This document shows, piece after piece, positions 16,771 through 25,830 of a DNA stretch of 32,000 bases. Both the position numbers and the translations under genes were made by a program. The stretch lies in the NCBI GenBank assembly GCA_038858525.1, contig JAWCFL010000011.1, positions 30,001 to 62,000 on the forward strand, written 5' to 3'. The notes below the pieces were generated by a model, which saw nothing but the letters and a program-made list of their open reading frames with translations, ran no database searches and was not told where the DNA came from. This stretch comes from Candidatus Jordarchaeales archaeon. GTDB lineage: Archaea; Asgardarchaeota; Jordiarchaeia; Jordiarchaeales; Freyrarchaeaceae. The stretch's first letter is position 1, and each line of letters starts with the position of its first letter.

Positions 16771-16841
16771 GTTTCCAGTGTAATATTAATGGATATATTT
16801 GCCGGAAGTTAAGCATTATTCACCTTTGTTTCCAGTGGAAG
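16771..16841 (+). promoter_or_regulatory. Two mini-ORBs in the cdc6 upstream region
   Basis: GTTTCCAGTG (16771-16780) and GTTTCCAGTGGAAG (16828-16841). Confidence 0.75.
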
Positions 16842-16861
16842 TAGGAAAAGTGGTGGTTTGT

Positions 16862-18109
16862 TTGGGTGAACGTTCTCTTGAGGCGCTTTTTGAAAGGTTT
16901 CTCTCAACCAAGATCTTCAAGAATCGTGACGTGTTGAGTCATACTTATGTTCCTGACGAGTTACCTCACCGTGACGAGCAAATAGAGAAGGTTGGGTTAA
17001 TTCTCGCCTCAGCTCTTAAGGGCGGCACTCCTTCGAACGTTTTCATTTATGGAAAGACGGGTACAGGTAAGACTGCTGTCGTACGCTTCGTTCTTAAGCA
17101 CCTTGTTGCTAAGTGTCACGAGCTGAATGTGCCTGCTCCCTTACCCGCTTACCTTAACTGTAGAATTGTAAACACTAATTATCGTGTTCTGGCTCGGCTT
17201 TGCTCCTACTTAGGTGTCGAGGTTCCCTTTACGGGTCTGCCTACCGATGAGGTTTACAGTAGGTTTAGGGACGTGCTTGATAGCAGGGACGTGTTGATGA
17301 TAATCGTGCTCGACGAGGTTGAACGGTTAGTTGAGCGGGACGGTAGTAACGTCCTCTACGACCTAACTAGGATGAATCACACTGTTCTTAAGCGGGCGCG
17401 CGTCAGCATAATAGGCATCACGAATGACTTAACGTTCAAGGATAACCTTGATCCTAGAGTGCTGAGTAGCTTAGGGGAAGAAGAGCTAGTTTTCCCGCCT
17501 TACACTGCCGCTGAGCTCAGGGACATTCTTTGGCAGAGGGCTCAGCTTGCCTTCAGAGAGGGCGCTCTTGAAGGTCCAGGAGTCATCAATCTTTGCGCAG
17601 CTATAGCCGCTAAGGAGCACGGGGACGCCCGTCGCGCCCTAGACTTGCTTAGAGTCGCTGGCGAGATAGCTGAGCGGGAGGGCGCAGAAAAGGTTTCCGA
17701 AGAGCATGTGAGAGCCGCTCAACACGTCATCGAGCGAGATCACCTGGTTGAGGCACTGAGAACTCTCCCTATGCATTCTAAGCTTGTACTTTACACTATT
17801 TTTGAGTTGACTAAGCAGGGAAGGGGTAAAGCTAGGACCGGGGACATATACAACTACTACTTGAACGTTTGCAGGCGTCTACATGTTGAGCCGTTAACTC
17901 AGAGGCGGGTTAGTAGCCTTATAAATGAGCTTGACATGCTGGGTGTCGTTGCGGCTCATCTTAAAAGCAGAGGACGCCATGGGCTCTCGAAAGAAGTGAA
18001 ACTCAACGTTTCAGTAAATCAAGTCAAACAAGTCTTAGAGGAGGATTCATTCATAAAGAAGCTTTCATCCAGTGACTCGTCTCCTCTCTTTGAGGCTAGT
18101 CCCCAGTAA
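16862..18109 (+). CDS. cdc6: Orc1/Cdc6 replication initiator
   Basis: YVPDELPHRDEQI, YGKTGTGKT, LDEV, IGITND, LDPRVLSSL, FPPYTAAEL, HGDARRALDLLR and a C-terminal wHTH (SRGRHG). TTG 16862 after GGTGG preferred over 16799. Confidence 0.97.
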   Translation: MGERSLEALFERFLSTKIFKNRDVLSHTYVPDELPHRDEQIEKVGLILASALKGGTPSNVFIYGKTGTGKTAVVRFVLKHLVAKCHELNVPAPLPAYLNCRIVNTNYRVLARLCSYLGVEVPFTGLPTDEVYSRFRDVLDSRDVLMIIVLDEVERLVERDGSNVLYDLTRMNHTVLKRARVSIIGITNDLTFKDNLDPRVLSSLGEEELVFPPYTAAELRDILWQRAQLAFREGALEGPGVINLCAAIAAKEHGDARRALDLLRVAGEIAEREGAEKVSEEHVRAAQHVIERDHLVEALRTLPMHSKLVLYTIFELTKQGRGKARTGDIYNYYLNVCRRLHVEPLTQRRVSSLINELDMLGVVAAHLKSRGRHGLSKEVKLNVSVNQVKQVLEEDSFIKKLSSSDSSPLFEASPQ

Positions 18110-19610
18110 AGTCCAGCTGAGCCACCCAGAAGTCCTTCAAATTAACGATGTACGGTTTTCCGGGTGTTGGTGTTAAGCCCATGGCTTTCTGATAATCTGT
18201 TTGGTCCTGAAATGTCCCTGAGTTTATCACGGTCACACCGCGATAATTTTCTTGCCCATTCACGTGAAGGTGGCCACAATGAAAAATATCTGGGACCTTC
18301 TCGATAACTAAGAGGTCCATTGGTTCAGGGGACAATGGCGTTGAACCATAGACTGGCGCTAAATGTCTTCCTCTAAGAAGCTCTATCATTGCTTTTTCCG
18401 GGTAGTGTGAGTCTATTGATAGAGCTGTCATCACGTCATTCAGCGGGTCTCCATGAAAGCATAACACCTCAACGCCGTGTATTCTAAAGTATGCTGGGTC
18501 TCCAAGCATTTCGACTCCTATTTCGTAAAGTGGTTCACTGTAATCTTTAGGTATGGCTGGCTGGGGTAATGCTTGCCTAGTTGCATCGTGCCCGCCCGGT
18601 ATAGCTATAGTCTTAACGTAGTCTGGTACGTTTTCAAGATGCCTCGCTGCTATTTCGTATTGCGCGTAGAGTTCCTCGACGACGAGCTCCTTCTCTTGAT
18701 TCGGGTAGACTCCGACTCCATCCACTATGTCTCCTCCAATTACCAAGTATTTAACTTGTTTTGCCAAGCTTCTGCTTTTCTCGTCCCCTCTTTTGCCCTG
18801 AAGCCATTCTAGGAACCTTGTAAATGGTTTCTCCATGAATTTCTTGCTGCCGAAATGCGTGTCTGAAATGAAGACCGCCATTATGGGTTCATCAGCCCTC
18901 CTAGGTTTGTGATCGAATGGTATGTCGGGCCAAATGATGTTATCAGCCACAACGAACGCTCCATTACTCCTACCTTCCACGCAGACTACTTGGTCCAGCA
19001 TAAGGTGTCGCGCCTTGTCTGTTAAGTTGCTCGGGATTAGAACGCTGACCACACCGTCAAGATCCTCAAGTTCTATGACCATGGAGCCACTTCGAGCCCT
19101 CGAAATTTCCCTGACTAATCCTATTAACTTGACTTCCTCGGCTCTGCCTACTTCACATGTCCTACATATCCCTTTTATGTCCCCCCTTTTCAGAAAGAGG
19201 TTGCTGAGACGCATATATCTATCCTTGAAGTAATTAACAAAGTCGTCTAGGGACCCACTGGTTCCTATCATCTTTGTTGGATCCATCACCACTTCAAAAT
19301 CTTCATCTACTTCCCTAGCGGTTAGGGCCGGCTTAGGCTTCAAGCCTGGAGGAATTATACTTTGTGCTTCCTCGCTTTTAGGAGCTTTTACATTAGTTGC
19401 TTCTCGGGGCTCCTCTTTTTCAATTAGCTTCCTAATATCTTCCTCTGTTAGGACAAGTGTTCCCTCTGTGGCCTTAACCTTACTTATGACTAAGGAAGCT
19501 AAGCTAGGCTCAAGTGCCAATATGACGTCTAGCGCTCTGGGAGTAACTTGCAGTCCGGCTTCAAGCAACTCCTTAACTGTTCTCTTTGCAACCTGCGATG
19601 TCCCTATCAA
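18096..19610 (-). CDS. polB: DNA polymerase D small subunit DP1
   Basis: YFKDRY, OB fold (ELEDLDG, DQVVCVEG), SDTHFGSK, GDIVDGVGVYPNQ, PGGHD, RQALPQP, RHLAPVYG, HCGHLH, NSGTFQDQT and TPTPGK. Confidence 0.96.
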   Translation of the reverse strand: MIGTSQVAKRTVKELLEAGLQVTPRALDVILALEPSLASLVISKVKATEGTLVLTEEDIRKLIEKEEPREATNVKAPKSEEAQSIIPPGLKPKPALTAREVDEDFEVVMDPTKMIGTSGSLDDFVNYFKDRYMRLSNLFLKRGDIKGICRTCEVGRAEEVKLIGLVREISRARSGSMVIELEDLDGVVSVLIPSNLTDKARHLMLDQVVCVEGRSNGAFVVADNIIWPDIPFDHKPRRADEPIMAVFISDTHFGSKKFMEKPFTRFLEWLQGKRGDEKSRSLAKQVKYLVIGGDIVDGVGVYPNQEKELVVEELYAQYEIAARHLENVPDYVKTIAIPGGHDATRQALPQPAIPKDYSEPLYEIGVEMLGDPAYFRIHGVEVLCFHGDPLNDVMTALSIDSHYPEKAMIELLRGRHLAPVYGSTPLSPEPMDLLVIEKVPDIFHCGHLHVNGQENYRGVTVINSGTFQDQTDYQKAMGLTPTPGKPYIVNLKDFWVAQLDFTGD

Positions 19611-20082
19611 AGTTTCCGCCCTGCTTATCTCTTAAACCAAAACACACTATAAATTTTTGTGTGATCCGTCTCTTAACTAAAGTAGAAGTTCACCCTGAGT
19701 TTCCGCGTTTTTGTTTTTACCTTTCACTTAAAAGAATAACCATTTATTAATACTTCAAGTTGCGTCGCCTCTTACAAATGACAAGTAGCTTAAAGATTCC
19801 TCATTGTAAGCTCTTTAGCCTAAGACCTAAGACGCATTTGCTCGCTCTTTTTCGAAAAAGCAAATCACTAAACTCTCTCCCAACTTCTTCATTTGCAAAG
19901 GTTCTCCAACCAATGAGAGGGTTTTGCACATTTTCGTTCTCTTATGACTAATTTTACACATGAATATGCTTCGTTTAAATGAGACGGAATTTATTAAATT
20001 GAGTCCATAAAAAATATATAGTATTTGTAATTACGTGTTTTTGAATTGAAATCGTTAAAGATCATAGTGGGAGGTTTATTAC

Positions 20083-21063
20083 GTGTCTAAGATGGAAATT
20101 AGGAAGCTTCAGAAAACTGGAGGTAGCACCTTCCTCTTAAGCCTTCCTAAGGGTTGGATTAAGCGTATGGGTCTTAAACAAGGAGACCTTGTAGCATTAA
20201 TAGAAAGAGGGGACGGTGCCCTCCTTGTCGATCCTCGCTACTCTGAAAAGGAAAAAGTCAAAATGGCTATTATAGAAATTGACGCTAGCCCGAATTTTAC
20301 AAGAGAAATAACCGCAAACTTCCTTTATGGTTATGACGTTATACGGATCCGCTCGAAGAATGGCATCACGTCCGAGCAGAGAGATGCCATTAAGCGCTCG
20401 CTTCAACAACTTGTTGGCGTAGAAATAGTTGAGGAAAGCGCTAAGGAGATCACTCTCCAATGCTTACTTTCACCCTCAGCTCTTTCCCTAAAGAGAACGA
20501 TAAAGAGAACTTACCTCATAGCTGCTAGAATGCAGGAGGACGCTGTGACCGCTATAAAGGACAAGGACCTTAACTTGGCAGAAAGTGTTGTGGTGAGAGA
20601 CGAGGACATTGATAGGCTTTACTTTTTAATGGTCAGGCAGCTTCGCTCAGCGATAATGGAACCCTACTTAGCGGAGAAAATCGGCATCAGCCCCATAGAA
20701 TGCTTAGATTACCGTGTCGCAATCAAAAGCATAGAGTCCATGGCAGACTACTCCGTCAAGATAGCCGAGCAAGTCCACCTCATACTTGACGCTAAGATCC
20801 CGGAGAACGTTATTGAAAGCATCCTGAAAATAAATCGCATAGCTCATGAAATGCACTCTAACGCCATAGAAGCTCTCGTAAGGAAGGACGGAGTTTTAGC
20901 GTCAAAAACCATCGCGATGAAGCCTCAACGTAACCAAGCCGTAGAGGAAGCTTACAAGGCCCTTGCAAACGAATCAGTAGAAATATCTATTCCTCTCAGC
21001 ACTGTAGTTGACATGCTAGACCGTATATCTGAATGCGGCGTTGACATAGCTGACCTAGCATAA
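20083..21063 (+). CDS. phoU: Archaeal phosphate-uptake regulator (AbrB/MazE-like N-terminus plus PhoU domains)
   Basis: RKLQKTGGSTFLLSLPKGW, RDEDIDRLYFLMVRQL, IESMADYSVKIA and LDRISECGVDIADL. Confidence 0.88.
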   Translation: MSKMEIRKLQKTGGSTFLLSLPKGWIKRMGLKQGDLVALIERGDGALLVDPRYSEKEKVKMAIIEIDASPNFTREITANFLYGYDVIRIRSKNGITSEQRDAIKRSLQQLVGVEIVEESAKEITLQCLLSPSALSLKRTIKRTYLIAARMQEDAVTAIKDKDLNLAESVVVRDEDIDRLYFLMVRQLRSAIMEPYLAEKIGISPIECLDYRVAIKSIESMADYSVKIAEQVHLILDAKIPENVIESILKINRIAHEMHSNAIEALVRKDGVLASKTIAMKPQRNQAVEEAYKALANESVEISIPLSTVVDMLDRISECGVDIADLA

Positions 21064-21114
21064 GCTCAAAAAGACCATTAACTATTATGTTTTGAGCATA
21101 AGGAGGGATGTCTC

Positions 21115-21978
21115 ATGAAGTCGATAGATGAAATGGCTCGTGAAATACAGTCTCGCTTCAAAATCGTTGGTAGGCTAGAGGAGCTAAAGAAGGCACTAGC
21201 CGCTAAACTAGCGTCCCGCCACCTTCTAATAGAAGGGGAAGTGGGTGTTGGAAAGACGACACTGGCGGACGCAATAGCGAGATACTTTAACCAGCCAATG
21301 TTCCGAGTTGACGGCGATGAACGTTACACGGAGGCTAAATTAACAGGGTGGTTTGATCCTCCAGCAGTAATGAAGTACGGCTACACGAAGGACGCTTTTG
21401 TTCCGGGGCCCCTTACTCTCGCCATGCTTGAAGGCGGCATTCTATTCGTAAACGAAATAAACCGTTTAAGTGAGTCTACGCAGAATGTTTTCCTTCCTGT
21501 TATGGATGAAGGCAAATTGGGGATCCCGAAGATAGGCGAGATCACAGCGAAGGACGGATTCTTCATCATAGCCACGCAGAACCCTCTTGAGCATGTTGGT
21601 GTAACCGCTTTAGGTGAAGCATTAAGAGACCGTTTCTGCTGGATACGAATCGACTACCAGAGTGAAGAAGAAGAAAGAGAAATAGTGGCACTCAAATCCG
21701 GCTGCTCCAACCCTGATATAATACGGTTGGCAGTAAAAATAGTGAGAGCAACCCGCACACATGAGGATCTGCGGAGGGGGGCGTCAGTTAGAGGCGCTAT
21801 CGACATTGCGCGTCTCCTATCTCACTACAACGGCACCCAGGTGACTTCGAAGGACTTGTGGGTTCAAGTTGCAGTAATGGCTCTTGGCACACGTGTCGAA
21901 CTCGAGGACGGTGTCGGCAAGACGGTTGAAGAAGTCATAAGGGAAATTGTAGACGAATGCTTTGAGGATTTTCGGTAA
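21115..21978 (+). CDS. MoxR/CoxD-like AAA+ ATPase
   Basis: LLIEGEVGVGKTT, LTGWFDP, GPLTLAM, FVNEINR, IATQNP, ALRDRF and GASVRGAID. Confidence 0.92.
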   Translation: MKSIDEMAREIQSRFKIVGRLEELKKALAAKLASRHLLIEGEVGVGKTTLADAIARYFNQPMFRVDGDERYTEAKLTGWFDPPAVMKYGYTKDAFVPGPLTLAMLEGGILFVNEINRLSESTQNVFLPVMDEGKLGIPKIGEITAKDGFFIIATQNPLEHVGVTALGEALRDRFCWIRIDYQSEEEEREIVALKSGCSNPDIIRLAVKIVRATRTHEDLRRGASVRGAIDIARLLSHYNGTQVTSKDLWVQVAVMALGTRVELEDGVGKTVEEVIREIVDECFEDFR

Positions 21979-22136
21979 GAGAGGAGGCCCAGCCCTCCGA
22001 TGAGACTAAACGCATAAATCCCTTCTCGGCTTTCGACCTCCTCCTAGAGGAAATCTCCCTGGGCTCAGCACCTCCTTACGTTTACACAGACCTCGCAAGA
22101 AACCTTGACTATGCCTCCATAAAAAGAGCCGCCGAA

Positions 22137-23048
22137 ATGGCGTTAAAATGTGGAAACCTTTCAGCCATCAAGGGCCTCTCAAAAGTGAACCCTGTCGCCG
22201 TCTCTGACGTCTTCTCATGTCCTGACGCAGCTCTCCTGGTTGCTAGGCGCCTATCCCGCGGCGACGTCCAAAGCCCTGTAGAACTTTACGTTCTGTTGCG
22301 TGGCAATCTTCGCTACAAGTATAGGCAAATTTTCAGAAGACTGGCGAAGATGGCGGTTCTCAAAACGTCCCTCAGGATCAGCGGGCGCGGACTTAAAGGG
22401 CCATTAAGAAGAAGGGTGCCTTATTACCCTGGATTAATGGAGTTCGATGATGAGTCGATGATTGAATCCTTTTTGGAGAAAGGATACCTCTCATACGAGG
22501 ATGTAGTTGGACTGGAGTCCCGCTCGCAAGCTAAATCTAGCGTGCTTCTCTTCGACTCCAGTGGAAGCATGACCGAAGAGAAACTTTTCAACGCGGCTCT
22601 TTCGACAGCAGTCTTAGCTTATCATATGCGAAACGAGGATTACGCGGTTATAGGGTTTGGAACCCGTGCCTTCACCCTTAAAAAAATCGGTGAGAGAAAG
22701 GACATAGGTAAAGTGGTTGAGGAAATACTAGACATAATTTCTATAGGTTACTCAAATATAAGCGACGCACTCTCGGTTGGGCTAAAAGAGCTTTCCAAAG
22801 TAAAGCATAAAGGAAAACGCTGGGGAGTTCTAATAACGGACGGTGAGTGGAATGTGGGAGGAGACCCCACGCCGTTGGCAGCCAAGTTTCCAACCCTTCA
22901 TGTTATAGCAACTCCAAGCAAGGGTAAAATAGCGGAACATGGCTTGAAAACATGTAAAGAGCTGGCCAGCGCGGGCAGAGGGCGCTTTATGGTTGTAAAA
23001 AACTTCTCAGAAATTCCCCGCCTACTCATAAAGCTACTTCTATCATGA
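22137..23048 (+). CDS. VWA (MIDAS) domain protein, MoxR partner; reading frame is open upstream to 21966
   Basis: LLFDSSGSM, SNISDAL, LITDGEWNVG and LASAGRGRF. Confidence 0.88.
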   Translation: MALKCGNLSAIKGLSKVNPVAVSDVFSCPDAALLVARRLSRGDVQSPVELYVLLRGNLRYKYRQIFRRLAKMAVLKTSLRISGRGLKGPLRRRVPYYPGLMEFDDESMIESFLEKGYLSYEDVVGLESRSQAKSSVLLFDSSGSMTEEKLFNAALSTAVLAYHMRNEDYAVIGFGTRAFTLKKIGERKDIGKVVEEILDIISIGYSNISDALSVGLKELSKVKHKGKRWGVLITDGEWNVGGDPTPLAAKFPTLHVIATPSKGKIAEHGLKTCKELASAGRGRFMVVKNFSEIPRLLIKLLLS

Positions 23049-23066
23049 ACGCTGGCTGCCTCCCTT

Positions 23067-23960
23067 TTATTTCTCTGATGCAAACCTCCAAAACTCCTCT
23101 ACCGCTGCGGACATCTTCCTTCTTTTGTCTCTAACAAGATACAGCACACGCTCGACGTCCCACCCTTCCACCTCAATGATCTTGACCAGTCCAGCGGCCT
23201 CTGCCTTCCTGGCAGCAGTCTCAGACAAAACGGTTATCCCAAGCCCCACAGACACCGCGTTTATCACCGCTTCCGTGCTGCCAGCTTCCAGTGATATCTT
23301 CACCTTGTCAAGAGGAACTCCCAGCTGCATGAAAGCTCTTTCTGCCTCAATTCTGGTTCCCGATGTTTTTCCCCTAAACACAAATGGGTAACGTAAGCAA
23401 TCCTCCAATGTAACTTTCTTTTTCATCGCAAGCTCATGGTTAACTGGACATATGAAAACAAGTCTTTCTCTTCCGATAGGCGTTACCTCTATCTCCTTAG
23501 CACTCGCCTCCATAAGGCTTCCCACAGCTGCTAGGTCAGCCTCTCCCCTAAGTAGCTTCTTTAAGGCTCCACCAGTATCTAACACCTCGATCTCAAAACT
23601 GATCTTCGGATTCTTTTCTTTGAATCGAGCCACTAATTCAGGAAGAATGTGCTCCCCTGGAATAGTGCTCGCTACAAGTATTATTTTTTCCTCCCCCTCT
23701 CCCTCCATCTTTCTTAGCTCCTCCTTAATCTTCTCTACTAGTTCTAGAATCTCCTTAGCTCTCTTCAGCAGTGCTTCACCTTCCTTGGTTAACCTTACTG
23801 TTCTCCTACTCCTATCAAAAAGAGTTACACCAAAAAATTTCTCGAGCGCAGCTATGTGATTGCTTACTGTGGCTTGGGTCACTCCCAGCTCTCTAGCAGC
23901 CCTAAGGAACCCGCCCTTCTCCACAACCTCAACAAACGTTCTAAAGTACTCTATCCTCAT
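23067..23960 (-). CDS. LysR-family transcriptional regulator
   Basis: FLRAARELGVTQATVSNHIAALE...LFDRS...LTKEG, ASTIPGEHILP, PFVFRGKTSGTR and GSTEAVINAVSVGLGI. Confidence 0.95.
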   Translation of the reverse strand: MRIEYFRTFVEVVEKGGFLRAARELGVTQATVSNHIAALEKFFGVTLFDRSRRTVRLTKEGEALLKRAKEILELVEKIKEELRKMEGEGEEKIILVASTIPGEHILPELVARFKEKNPKISFEIEVLDTGGALKKLLRGEADLAAVGSLMEASAKEIEVTPIGRERLVFICPVNHELAMKKKVTLEDCLRYPFVFRGKTSGTRIEAERAFMQLGVPLDKVKISLEAGSTEAVINAVSVGLGITVLSETAARKAEAAGLVKIIEVEGWDVERVLYLVRDKRRKMSAAVEEFWRFASEK

Positions 23961-24129
23961 CCGTCACCCCTCTCTTTTTCCAGTATTTCCCAATGTACCA
24001 TAAAAAATTTTTGATAAATGACACATATAAGATAACGTTTTGATCAATAAAACAAATTATCTTTTAGAATTTATAAAGATAAGTCCCCCGACACTCTATT
24101 AAAAACAAACTGAGAACGAAACTATAAAA

Positions 24130-24283
24130 TGGTGCGGGGGGTGGGATTTGTTCCCGCAGCAACGGATTGAACCCACGAACGCCTACGCCCACCTGGACTG
24201 CGCGACAGGATTCTGAGTCCTGCCCCTATAGCCGCTTAAACTTTGACTTAGCCTGCAGGCGCATCTGGCTTGGGTACCCCCGC
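24130..24283 (-). tRNA. tRNA-Leu(CAG) with four putative non-canonical introns; CCA encoded
   Basis: Acceptor GCGGGGG/CCCCCGC-A-CCA, anticodon arm CAGGA-CTCAGAA-TCCTG and T arm GTGGG/CCCAC. Removing 24248-24264, 24228-24242, about 24189-24203 and 24148-24166 gives a canonical 88-nt class II tRNA. A T-run follows on the minus strand. Confidence 0.9.
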
Positions 24284-24333
24284 ATCTACCGCCAATCACC
24301 TTCATTATGGCTTCCTCAAAAATTTTTTGATTT

Positions 24334-25734
24334 TTAACTCTTAATGTTTGCAACAGTTTTCTCCGCGATGAGCTCCGCGACTCGTTCAGCTTTCCGTTTA
24401 AGCTTTTCTGTTATGTACCCTTTAATGAATGCTTCTTCGAGAGCGTTTTTGTCTATTATTTTTACGGTTCCGTTAGGGAATTGTATGACGTCAATCTCCA
24501 AGTCTATATATCTGATCCTATTGGGATATAGCTCTATGGGTGTGTTTATGTTGTAGAATGTTCCTTTAAGTTCTCCTTTTTTAGAGTAGTATTCCGTTTT
24601 GAATGTCCATTCCCCAACTTTTACTTGAGTTATGCCGTAGTCTCCGGCTTCCTTTGGTATGTTTAAGCCGTCGTAGTATCCCCCCGCCGTAAAACTTCTC
24701 TTTATGATCATCTCTTGATGGTCTCTCTTTTGAAGGAGCTTTCCATGAAGGAGTATTACTTTTCCATTGAGTTTCACGTGTTCAAAGCGTACTTCATCGT
24801 TTTTGAAGGCGTTATCAATGACCATTTTTTGGAGTAATTGGCTTGCTTCTTCGCGTAGTTCTGGATGTCTTGAAATGAGTTCCTCTGCGAAGTCTACTAT
24901 CTGTGCCACATCACTTCCTAACGCCTTATAGTAATGGTGCCCATTTATTGTCGGAGCGACTCTCTCCCTTATGTTGTCTAGCTGTCTTTTGATACTCGCT
25001 GGAAACTCAGCGATCACAGTTTCATCACCCTCCCTTACTAGTGTTGGCTCATCTAAATCCGCTGAGATGTCTAAAATCCTCCTCATTTCCTCTTCTAGCT
25101 CCTCTATTTCTTTTGCGATTAGTGAGAGGTCTGCTTTTCCCGCCGCCGTCCTAAATATTACCCCCATGCCTGCCGGCTTCATCTTATTGCCAAGATGGTA
25201 GAGGATGTCACGTACCTCTCTATTTCTGATTTTGTTACTTATGCCAATATGCCCACCGAAAGTTAAGACCACATATTTCCCTGCGATTGCTATTTCTCCG
25301 GTTGCTTGCGGTCTAGGGTCAACTTCATACACTCTCAGGAGCTGTACTTCCCCTTCTTCTCTAGCTTTTTCATTTACGGGAACTTTTAGACACCCGATAT
25401 CCGCTATTGCTTTTTCATCGTACTTTTTGATTATGCGTCCTACATAAATGGCGTTTAAGTTAGCTTCTGCTTTACGGATAATCACATCTTCCAGCCCTTC
25501 TCTAATAACACTGACTACTTTTCCCAACGGTTCCCTTTCACCAGTTATAATTACTCCCTGCCTGTTCTTCGTGTCATAAACCTCTACATTTGGAGGGTTC
25601 ATTGTTCTTTCAATTTTTAGTCTTTCAGCCAGTATAGCTGAACTTTGAGTTATTGAGAAGCCATGTTCTAGGAAAAGTTTGGAAAGTGCTGTAGCGTATA
25701 TCCCTCTGACTCTAATTTGTATCTCTTCTCCCAA
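24334..25734 (-). CDS. fau-1: FAU-1 family ribonuclease (RNase E/G-like N-terminal region plus DUF402)
   Basis: IRVRGIYATALSKLF, GIIFRTAA-like GVIFRTAA, LDNIRERVAPTINGHH, GGYYDGLNIPKEAGDY and YNINTPIELYPNRIRYIDLEIDV. Confidence 0.92.
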   Translation of the reverse strand: MGEEIQIRVRGIYATALSKLFLEHGFSITQSSAILAERLKIERTMNPPNVEVYDTKNRQGVIITGEREPLGKVVSVIREGLEDVIIRKAEANLNAIYVGRIIKKYDEKAIADIGCLKVPVNEKAREEGEVQLLRVYEVDPRPQATGEIAIAGKYVVLTFGGHIGISNKIRNREVRDILYHLGNKMKPAGMGVIFRTAAGKADLSLIAKEIEELEEEMRRILDISADLDEPTLVREGDETVIAEFPASIKRQLDNIRERVAPTINGHHYYKALGSDVAQIVDFAEELISRHPELREEASQLLQKMVIDNAFKNDEVRFEHVKLNGKVILLHGKLLQKRDHQEMIIKRSFTAGGYYDGLNIPKEAGDYGITQVKVGEWTFKTEYYSKKGELKGTFYNINTPIELYPNRIRYIDLEIDVIQFPNGTVKIIDKNALEEAFIKGYITEKLKRKAERVAELIAEKTVANIKS

Positions 25735-25830
25735 TCAGGATACACCTCTACTCTTCAATCCGCCTCTTGATAACGAGAGAAAATAAATGAAGTGTTCTGC
25801 TTGACCTCTCGTTTTCACGTAATTTTATAC

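Noticed and set aside
19760-19951. 63-aa ORF and an imperfect hairpin (about 19771-19810) between DP1 and phoU
   Set aside because: No convincing RBS, motif or C/D box pair; consistent with AT-rich divergent promoter DNA.
21445-21465. MoxR Walker B reads NEINR instead of DEINR
   Set aside because: I recall this variant in related archaeal MoxR proteins, and the other motifs are intact, so it is not evidence of inactivation.
23999-24330. Two A5-6/T5-6 palindromes flanking the tRNA (about 24000-24014 and 24316-24330) as LysR boxes or att-like ends
   Set aside because: They are low complexity, do not fit T-N11-A spacing cleanly, and are explained by T-run terminators or AT-rich promoter DNA.
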